A DNA stretch of 64,000 nucleotides from a virus, in the IMG/VR virus record IMGVR_UViG_3300034060_000182, positions 4,049 through 68,048 of that record; one strand, given 5' to 3'. Positions within the stretch are counted from its first letter, which is position 1, and each line of letters starts with the position of its first letter. Under the pieces are notes generated by a model. It searched no databases, was not told the origin of the DNA, and worked only from the letters and a program-made list of their open reading frames with translations. This document shows positions 57,137-64,000 of this stretch, piece after piece. Made by a program: the position numbers and the translations under genes.

Positions 57137-57771
57137 AGTTTATCGTTGTATAAATGTAAGTTATGTGCAAAGTGATAATATGTACCAACTTCTAATTGTA
57201 AAATATCAGCAACATCTTTTTGTAACATTGAAAAACAGAATTGATCGTTACAGAAACCATACCAGAGATCATTAGAACGCATTAGAACAGACATGTTTAA
57301 TTTTCCGTCTAAGATTGTGAATTGAACTGCGTATGTGCAAGGAGTGTCATTAGAATATGTGTCTATTTCTTTACCATCGTATATCGATATTGTTGCTTTT
57401 CTAGTATTTGGATTATCTTGTAATAGTTTTATAACTTTACCTATTTGATCGTTTCTTCTCCATTGCCAACCGTAATTAGACCTAACGTTGCCATCAGCGT
57501 CCATCATGTTTTTCCACATTGGTGCATACTTAGATATTTCAACACCAGAAGGATCACCAGATAGATACCATTGCCATTCCCTCATAGCATAAGTAGGATT
57601 CCATTTTCTTTCAGTGTATTCTATGTGATTGTCTTCAGGGTTTTGAATCTCGAAACCAATATTGAACAAAGCTTTTGTATTATCGAAATCAACACCATCT
57701 TGTCTTATTTTATCTAAAAAATAAACAAATGCTTCATCGGCATTTTTAAAACTATTTTTTGTATTTTTCAT
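57133..57771 (-). CDS. Thymidylate-synthase-fold enzyme, dCMP-type
   Basis: DTPCT catalytic Cys, MRSNDLWYGFCND, HNLHLY. Confidence 0.85.
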   Translation of the reverse strand: MKNTKNSFKNADEAFVYFLDKIRQDGVDFDNTKALFNIGFEIQNPEDNHIEYTERKWNPTYAMREWQWYLSGDPSGVEISKYAPMWKNMMDADGNVRSNYGWQWRRNDQIGKVIKLLQDNPNTRKATISIYDGKEIDTYSNDTPCTYAVQFTILDGKLNMSVLMRSNDLWYGFCNDQFCFSMLQKDVADILQLEVGTYYHFAHNLHLYNDKL

Positions 57772-57997
57772 AATAGTAAATATAAAATTCGTACATTTTT
57801 TTCCATATTTCCATTTTCCTATAAGACTCTGGACTAATACTTGTTTTTTTATTCATTTCAATACATATATACCATTCTAAAGTTGATTTTGCTAATGGAG
57901 ATATATATATTCCATTTTTAATACACCAATCTCTTGCTTCTTTTTCTTTAGTAGAGTATAAGTAATTACCCATATCTATAACAGTTCTTTTTGCCAT
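57752..57997 (-). CDS. Hypothetical protein
   Basis: 81-aa ORF coupled to the primase-helicase. Confidence 0.65.
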   Translation of the reverse strand: MAKRTVIDMGNYLYSTKEKEARDWCIKNGIYISPLAKSTLEWYICIEMNKKTSISPESYRKMEIWKKMYEFYIYYYEKYKK

Positions 57998-59718
57998 TAT
58001 TCCCAGGGTAGTTTGCTATTACTAGTGTCTATAGGTATATGAGGTATAAAACAACCAGATCTTGGTTCCCATTTAAAATGTGCTTCAGCTCCATTCTCAC
58101 CTAAGTTTTGGAACTTAACTTTTAATACTTTACATTTAACTGTTTTTTGTTCATAATCTCTATGCACTAATAAACCATGATAAGATGCATCATACCATTC
58201 ACCACCACCTTTAATGTTATACATTGTTGGTTCTTCTATTTTACCATCTTTGTCTTTATACATTTTAGTTGGGTGAGCAACTACTATAACTAACACATCG
58301 TATTTTTTAGCAAATATCTCTATCTGTTGTAGATATTCTAATGTATAAACATTAACATCTCCAGAAGCATCAGTTGCTCTAACTTTGTTAAAAGGATCTA
58401 TAACTAAACATTTAATACCTTTTCGTTTAACTAGCTCAGCGCCTTTTCTAAGAACAGATTCTAACGTATATCTTTCCATGTCTATGAAAAAATAACTGTC
58501 ATTAACGTGACTAGCTACTTGATTCCATTTTTCACCGTGTATTTCTTCTGGCGAAGGCATATCTCCCCAGGTTTTACGCATTAACTTATGAGCATGTAGA
58601 TAAGTTGGTTGATTCTCAGGTGAAGCGAAAGCAGCTTTCCAGCCATAGTTATTGTTATATCCAACAACCATTTGGTCAACGAAGTCAGATTTACCAGAAC
58701 TAGGTATTCCAGTGACTGTAATGAATTGGCCAGTATATGTAGAAAATATACTATCAAAATTGTCCAACCCAACTTGGAAACCAGGTTTAAAACCATTTCT
58801 AACGAAATCTGTAACATCATCTTCTATGTCTTTAAATGTTTTTACGTTTTCTAATGGAACAGGTCTTGATTGAGATATTCTTTGCGATAACTTTTCTTTA
58901 CCATACTTTAATAAGTATTCATTCGCATCTTTACAATCTTCAAACGATGCTAAATAGCATACTTCTGAACCTAATCTACGTATTAATTCTGTTTGTAATG
59001 CTTGACCAGCGGCATCAGAATCTACTGCTAGTATAATCTTTTCTTTATCATCAAAGTAATCAATACAACTGTCTAGGTAATCTAAGTTATTTGTATTCAA
59101 AGTAGCACCGTTTGGAACAGATATAACATTTGTTATACCAGCTTCGTGTAAAGCTAACACGTCCATTTCACCTTCTACTATTACACAATACTCGTAACCT
59201 ACAATACTGTTTATGTTATAGAATACTTTTTCCGCGCCTTTATATAATTTAAAATGCTTATGACCATCTCTATATTTTATGTTGACTAATTCATCGCCAA
59301 CAAAGTAATTGAAGTGTATAGCATTCTCTTCTTTGCCTGTTTGAGGCATAAATTCTTTTCCCTCTGATATTTGTAATTCATAAAGAGTTTCTTTTGAAAT
59401 ACCACGATCGTTAAACCATTTTATCACTGGTTCACTTATTTGCATTTCTTCAACATGTTCTTTAACTGGTGGTTTAACATAAACCTTTTCACTAGAACCT
59501 TTACGTTGATAAGTATGTAACTGAAATGACTTATTACAATTATGACAAGTTCCAAGACCACGTTCCCAGTCGTAAGATGCGCATTTTGCTTTCTCATTCT
59601 TGGGTTTTCTATCAGAAGAACACAAAGGGCAAATACCTTGTGTTTTACCTTCTTCAAGACCATACTTATTGAATGTATCAATCAAGAAACCATTGATCTC
59701 CGTGTTGTTTACTTGCAT
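57997..59718 (-). CDS. T7 gp4/Twinkle-like primase-helicase
   Basis: CPLC...CHNC Zn finger, VEGEMD and DSD TOPRIM motifs, GIPSSGKS, VIDP, VAHP. Confidence 0.93.
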   Translation of the reverse strand: MQVNNTEINGFLIDTFNKYGLEEGKTQGICPLCSSDRKPKNEKAKCASYDWERGLGTCHNCNKSFQLHTYQRKGSSEKVYVKPPVKEHVEEMQISEPVIKWFNDRGISKETLYELQISEGKEFMPQTGKEENAIHFNYFVGDELVNIKYRDGHKHFKLYKGAEKVFYNINSIVGYEYCVIVEGEMDVLALHEAGITNVISVPNGATLNTNNLDYLDSCIDYFDDKEKIILAVDSDAAGQALQTELIRRLGSEVCYLASFEDCKDANEYLLKYGKEKLSQRISQSRPVPLENVKTFKDIEDDVTDFVRNGFKPGFQVGLDNFDSIFSTYTGQFITVTGIPSSGKSDFVDQMVVGYNNNYGWKAAFASPENQPTYLHAHKLMRKTWGDMPSPEEIHGEKWNQVASHVNDSYFFIDMERYTLESVLRKGAELVKRKGIKCLVIDPFNKVRATDASGDVNVYTLEYLQQIEIFAKKYDVLVIVVAHPTKMYKDKDGKIEEPTMYNIKGGGEWYDASYHGLLVHRDYEQKTVKCKVLKVKFQNLGENGAEAHFKWEPRSGCFIPHIPIDTSNSKLPWE

Positions 59719-59754
59719 TTGTTATTTGATTTAATTGTTACTAATTATAGATAG

Positions 59755-59777
59755 AAAAACCCCAATTAATGGGGTTT
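59755..59777 (-). terminator. Intrinsic terminator
   Basis: AAACCCCA-TTAAT-TGGGGTTTTT. Confidence 0.75.
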
Positions 59778-59790
59778 AACTAACTACTAA

Positions 59791-59881
59791 AGGTGTTGTT
59801 GGGCGATGGTTCAAAAACCGTCACAGCACATAAAAGCCGATTCTTATTTGTAACCTCTGCAGTGGTGTCGGCTAACGACCT
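59791..59881 (+). ncRNA. Structured intergenic element
   Basis: GATGGTT/AACCGTC, GTGTTG/CAGCAC and AGCCGAT/GTCGGCT stems; G-T pairs favour the + strand. Confidence 0.45.
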
Positions 59882-59886
59882 ATTTA

Positions 59887-60207
59887 TTAAAATGGTAAAT
59901 CATCTTCTGGTGCAGATACTTGTTTCGCAGGAGCACTACGTTGTTGTGGTTGACCGTCTCTAGGTCCAACATCTACATTATTACCATTAGTCCAAGACAC
60001 TTTAACATTACCTAAGTAAACTTTTGCTGCCTTAGATTCTCTTTCTTCTTTACTTTGACCAACAGTGATTGGACCTTGATTACCAAAATTATCTGGTTCA
60101 TCGTTTAAGACTATAGTTATGGGCAGGTATTTTCCTTTTTTACCGTCTATAATCTTGTGCTTTGGAATTTCATTAAGATTAATGCTTGCATTGATAATTG
60201 ATGCCAT
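59887..60207 (-). CDS. ssb: Single-stranded DNA-binding protein
   Basis: GKKGKYL...YLGN core and acidic EDDLPF tail. Confidence 0.8.
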   Translation of the reverse strand: MASIINASINLNEIPKHKIIDGKKGKYLPITIVLNDEPDNFGNQGPITVGQSKEERESKAAKVYLGNVKVSWTNGNNVDVGPRDGQPQQRSAPAKQVSAPEDDLPF

Positions 60208-60340
60208 ATTAGAATATATTAAATTGGTTTAAAAATTGTTTAACTTTTTGGTAAATACTAAGTTGTTGTTTTGTTTCTTTATAGACTTTTAAGTCTGGTG
60301 GTACAACAGGTGTTGTCTTCTTTGGTCTCGTCATAAATAA

Positions 60341-61072
60341 TTAAAGTGTTAAATTGATAAAATAGTTTTCAGGTTTAAATTCTGGGTTATTATAAAAAAG
60401 ATTATATGCTTCTACTGCTTTTTCTACTTTCTCTTTTCCTCTGTTTAAGAATTCATCAGAGCAATCATAAACACCTATTTGATGTGTATTCTTATCTATT
60501 GCCATAAATACTAAATCATAGCCAAACAGTTGTTTGTATATATAAGCTTGACTATCATAATTATATTTCTTTGCAGAATACTTAAAGTCTAATATGTTAG
60601 ATGTTGTTTTAAGATCTATAATTAGTTTTTCTGAATGATTTAATATATCTGCTTTTCCTTTCCACATAGCGCCACTTATTTCAGCAATACCAGGAACTTC
60701 ATAATCTACATTGTCTGACCTTATTAAACCACGACATACTTCATTTGAAAGTACTTTGTCTATCATTAACTCTAATTGATCAACTTCGTGCTGCAATAAA
60801 CACATTTCACCTTCGGATATTTCTTTATATATGTTAGTGTTTCTTGTTGATGATTGTATTACTTTGTATTTCTTAAGTTTGTCTGGTTCCAATATAGCTG
60901 TATGAAAATAACCACCAACTAAAAAGTTTACATTAGGTTGCTGTGGATCTTTTAAAGCCAAAGGATTTGTAAGCAATGTAGCTATATTTGAATTACTAAG
61001 AAATTGTTTACCAAAGTCACCATAGTATTCTGCATCATCTTTTAACTTTTCTAATATAAGTTCTTTCTTCAT
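60341..61072 (-). CDS. RecE/exonuclease VIII-like PD-(D/E)xK nuclease
   Basis: LSNS, G..FHTAILEP, KGKAD, IDLKTT, Y..QA..Y. Confidence 0.85.
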   Translation of the reverse strand: MKKELILEKLKDDAEYYGDFGKQFLSNSNIATLLTNPLALKDPQQPNVNFLVGGYFHTAILEPDKLKKYKVIQSSTRNTNIYKEISEGEMCLLQHEVDQLELMIDKVLSNEVCRGLIRSDNVDYEVPGIAEISGAMWKGKADILNHSEKLIIDLKTTSNILDFKYSAKKYNYDSQAYIYKQLFGYDLVFMAIDKNTHQIGVYDCSDEFLNRGKEKVEKAVEAYNLFYNNPEFKPENYFINLTL

Positions 61073-61073
61073 A

Positions 61074-61634
61074 CTATAGTTTTGATAAGATTGTTACTGC
61101 TTCTTTGCTTAAGTCATATTTACCTTTAATAGTATCAATAGAACCTCCATTAGCCACGAATTGTTTTGCTTTCTCAAAAGCATCATCTTTAACATCTAAT
61201 TTTGTTTTAACAACTGGTTCTTTACCATGCGTATTTGAAGCGTCTGCGTCAGCAGTATCATCAATAAGTAATAAATTACCTAAAGCATATTTTTTACCGT
61301 AAGAAGATGCTGAACCAAAAGCTTGAGGCGTTTGCATACCTTTTTGTTGTAAGTCTACACCGACAATTGCTTTTACTTCGATAACAGCATCGCTATTTAC
61401 ATCGTGTATAGCAGCTTTGCTGATAATAACTGGTAATTCATGCGAATACAGATAATCTTCGTTAACTGTAAAGAATACGCCATATTGTGCATTAAAAGGT
61501 TTTAGACCTTCAAGTATATCTTCTGCAGAACGGAAGTTGTACTTACCAAAGGAATTATACCTACTTTTGTTTGCTTTAAATTCAATTTGAATTTTAGACA
61601 ACTTTTCAGATAAACTCATTTCAATTTTACTCAT
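61074..61634 (-). CDS. erf: ERF-family single-strand annealing protein
   Basis: YNFRSAEDIL, QAFGSASSYGKKYALGNLLLIDD...DAD. Confidence 0.88.
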   Translation of the reverse strand: MSKIEMSLSEKLSKIQIEFKANKSRYNSFGKYNFRSAEDILEGLKPFNAQYGVFFTVNEDYLYSHELPVIISKAAIHDVNSDAVIEVKAIVGVDLQQKGMQTPQAFGSASSYGKKYALGNLLLIDDTADADASNTHGKEPVVKTKLDVKDDAFEKAKQFVANGGSIDTIKGKYDLSKEAVTILSKL

Positions 61635-61672
61635 TATATTTGATTTAATTAGTTTAAGTTGTTATATATATA

Positions 61673-61698
61673 ATCACACATTTTTGACATAACTTACA
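61673..61698 (-). promoter_or_regulatory. Class-2 promoter
   Basis: TGTAAG-N13-GTGTGAT upstream of erf and the replication operon. Confidence 0.6.
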
Positions 61699-62476
61699 TG
61701 AAGTCAATTACTTGTGAAGCATCGACGTTAGCTATTAATTTTGAAATAGCAAACTTTTTTAATTCTGAAACCCTTACATAAGCACTTGGACCTTTGAAGT
61801 CTAAAATTTCTGCAATTGCATTTGCTGAATGCTTATCACAGTCTAAACCATAACTAAGTCTTAATACGTTTGCTTCAACATCTGTTAAATGTTTCTTAAA
61901 TATACTAAGTAAATAAGCATTTAGTAGATCTATATTATATTCAGTTGATTTGTCTTCATATTGATACATACCTTTTTCTGAATTAGGATAGAAGTCTGAA
62001 GAGTCAGCATCGTTAAAACCGATATCTATACTTTTAAATATACTATTAAAAAACATTTCAAGTATCTGTTTGTCTTCAGGATTTTTACGTATTTCATTTA
62101 TTTTATATTCAGGGATTCTCATTGTCCCTCTATATACATTTATCGCATATCTAATGCGTCCTTTAATACGTTTAGATAGAAATGATTTGATTGTCTGTTC
62201 TTGGTTCTCAGATGTGTTTATTTTGTCCCAGTCTATTTTATCTACTGACATTATTAATCCTATACTACCTTCTTGTATTAAGTCGTTTATATCTAAAATA
62301 CCAGAAGCTTGGTCTGCAGTTGAAAACTTTTTAGCTATATTTTCTACTAACGGAAGAAACATGTTTATCAGATCGTCTCTTGAATACTCGTTGTATTGCT
62401 TTTGTTCTAATCTACCAATAGTCTTTTTTACATCGTTTTTATATATTAGATGGTTTTGTAAGTTATACTTTTTCAT
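61694..62476 (-). CDS. Sigma70-family sigma factor
   Basis: Region 2 LVENIAKKF...DLIQEGSIGL, MRIP; region 4 EANVLRLSYGL...IAEIL...RVSELK..AISKL. Confidence 0.9.
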   Translation of the reverse strand: MKKYNLQNHLIYKNDVKKTIGRLEQKQYNEYSRDDLINMFLPLVENIAKKFSTADQASGILDINDLIQEGSIGLIMSVDKIDWDKINTSENQEQTIKSFLSKRIKGRIRYAINVYRGTMRIPEYKINEIRKNPEDKQILEMFFNSIFKSIDIGFNDADSSDFYPNSEKGMYQYEDKSTEYNIDLLNAYLLSIFKKHLTDVEANVLRLSYGLDCDKHSANAIAEILDFKGPSAYVRVSELKKFAISKLIANVDASQVIDFM

Positions 62477-62590
62477 ATCCTGTTATTTTTAAGAATGCTT
62501 TATTCATTTGTTCATTGTCTGAGTAATATAGATTACGCATGTTTTTCATCCATTCGTTAAATTTAATAGCTTCTTCCATGTTGTTTAGTT

Positions 62591-63208
62591 TTAAATATTT
62601 TGATTTAATAATTCTTTTTCTTTTTTAAGTTCATTACTCATGTTTCTGTATATAGTTCTTGTAGAGCAATTTAAGTAACTAGCTAATTTGTCAACCGTTA
62701 TTTTATTGCCTTCATCATGAGTGTATAGCATAGCATCATAAATCTCGGACTCTGAAAGTTTTTTACGACCAATAATTTGACCTACGATTTGTAGTTTTTG
62801 TTCCGCCGTTAATTGACATGTGTCTTTAAAAATTATCTTACGTACTTTGTTTTTCGGTGGCCGTTCTAAATCATGCATGCTAACATCATGAAGTATTGTT
62901 TTTAATATGTGCTCTGAAACATTAAAGGTAACAAAGTTATTTGACTTATCACATATAAATCTAAATAAATTTTCTAATTTATCTTGATCTAATTGAGGAT
63001 TAAGATACCATATAACTAATATATGCCACTTTAGACTTTTATAAGTATTTATCTTAGCTTTGCTTCTAAACAACTCGTAATATTCACTAGTACCATTTTC
63101 ATAATAATCACCCCAATCAAACCTCGCTGATGGTTGGTCATTAATAGGTGCTCGTCTATATATTATACGCCTATCTGTTAAATACTTTATTTTTCTATCG
63201 TGTGACAT
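62591..63208 (-). CDS. DNA-binding protein with C-terminal HTH (possible initiator/regulator)
   Basis: ITVDKLASYLNCSTRTIYRN. Confidence 0.7.
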   Translation of the reverse strand: MSHDRKIKYLTDRRIIYRRAPINDQPSARFDWGDYYENGTSEYYELFRSKAKINTYKSLKWHILVIWYLNPQLDQDKLENLFRFICDKSNNFVTFNVSEHILKTILHDVSMHDLERPPKNKVRKIIFKDTCQLTAEQKLQIVGQIIGRKKLSESEIYDAMLYTHDEGNKITVDKLASYLNCSTRTIYRNMSNELKKEKELLNQNI

Positions 63209-63246
63209 TAGCCCCTTACTAGTTATATATACAGCCTATTGTCACA
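63201..63246. repeat. 46-bp inverted-repeat site, copy B
   Basis: TGTGACATTAG-N24-CTATTGTCACA. Confidence 0.85.
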
Positions 63247-63343
63247 GTTCTGTATAATTATTAATATAATATTCTTCTTCGCAATCACATTCATTATTCA
63301 TTTCATTTCTTGTTTCTTCGAAATATTCTTTTGATTTACCCAT
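63242..63343 (-). CDS. Small acidic protein, 33 aa
   Basis: MGKSKEYFEETRNEMNNECDCEEEYYINNYTEL. Confidence 0.45.
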   Translation of the reverse strand: MGKSKEYFEETRNEMNNECDCEEEYYINNYTEL

Positions 63344-63364
63344 ATTTAAGTGCCTATTTTCATC

Positions 63365-63640
63365 TTACGTTCCATTTAATATATTTTCGATCTCTTTAAT
63401 ACGTTTTACACATAATCCAGCTTCTTCGTATTGCTCATTTACTTTAAACGCTTCCAACATAACTTTTAATTTACTTAGTTCCATTAAAAGCTTTTGGTCA
63501 TCTTCAACTCTTTGATGAACCTCTATAGGTATACCACTGCTTTCAAGGTCTTTAATAAACTCTTTGTCTAACTCTTTTTGTTTATTGTACATTTTACCTA
63601 CAATAACATCGGCTAATTCATTCATCTCTTCTTTCGTCAT
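63365..63640 (-). CDS. Protein with C-terminal UVR (UvrB/C)-like motif
   Basis: EQYEEAGLCVKRIKEI; first gene after a class-1 promoter. Confidence 0.6.
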   Translation of the reverse strand: MTKEEMNELADVIVGKMYNKQKELDKEFIKDLESSGIPIEVHQRVEDDQKLLMELSKLKVMLEAFKVNEQYEEAGLCVKRIKEIENILNGT

Positions 63641-63661
63641 ATATATTTGTTTAATTGTTAC

Positions 63662-63694
63662 GATATTATCTACAAACTTTTCTATTAAGTCCGT
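63662..63694 (-). promoter_or_regulatory. Class-1 promoter upstream of the sigma operon
   Basis: GATATTATC-N15-TAAGTCCGT. Confidence 0.8.
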
Positions 63695-63806
63695 GTAGTT
63701 TTTATATTCTACCTATTTCTTTCATCTTCAATACTAAGAAGATAACAATGATAGTAACATAAAATATTACTAGTTTTATTAAGTTTAATACATTTTTTAT
63801 CATAAA

Positions 63807-64000
63807 TTAATCTAATAAAATCATATATGCTTCAGGGTTATTTTTAATGAACCAGTCAATAGACATGTCAAAGTCACGTATTATGCCTTTACTTAATATT
63901 CCTGAATTAGAAAATTCTTCACAACCTTTTATAAAGTCGTATATACTTAGACTAATTGGATCTAGAAACACTGATTCACCTGAAAAAAAGTTTGTAACTT
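63807..64000 (-). CDS. Hypothetical protein, partial
   Basis: Open frame from the window edge: ...NFFSGESVFL...IYDFIKGCE...WFIKNNPEAYMILLD*. Confidence 0.6.
   Translation of the reverse strand, partial: VTNFFSGESVFLDPISLSIYDFIKGCEEFSNSGILSKGIIRDFDMSIDWFIKNNPEAYMILLD

Noticed and set aside
62521-62560. GCGTAAT upstream of the sigma gene as a class-2 promoter
   Set aside because: The core is mismatched, the TAA element is missing at the 13-nt spacing, and it may lie in a small ORF.
1-64000. Prophage or integrative element
   Set aside because: No integrase, repressor, att-flanked host genes or bacterial housekeeping context; groEL is embedded among phage genes.

Overview
This AT-rich window is most of the genome of a lytic podovirus-type phage with crAss-like/Flavobacteriia-phage gene order. 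The host is most likely Bacteroidota: starts lack Shine-Dalgarno sites and follow A/T-rich leaders. (i) 1-4400, minus strand: small early genes arranged as promoter-gene-terminator cassettes, plus tRNA-like elements. (ii) About 4400-4780: a divergent non-coding gap. (iii) 4782-51003, plus strand: fibres, lysis genes (holins, M15 endolysin, u-spanin), GroEL/GroES, small basic proteins, a tandem GroES, terminase, portal, scaffold, capsid, tail ring/nozzle and three ejection proteins, the last of 3346 aa. (iv) 51144-64000, minus strand: class II RNR, 2OG-Fe(II) oxygenase, MazG-like enzymes, a ThyA-fold enzyme with a dCMP-type Asp, primase-helicase, SSB, RecE-like exonuclease, ERF and a sigma70-like factor. 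The strongest unexplained signals are two fixed-spacing promoter classes (ACGGACTTA-N15-GATAATAT; (TG)TAA-R-N13-RWGTGAT), a possible sigma-region-2-like module in the injected giant protein, and two exact-length 46-bp TGTGACA...TGTCACA inverted-repeat sites. Also notable are MA[FY]x/SPxK motifs shared by small proteins and a cytosine-type thymidylate synthase homologue. All functional calls come from motif recognition by eye; no searches were run.
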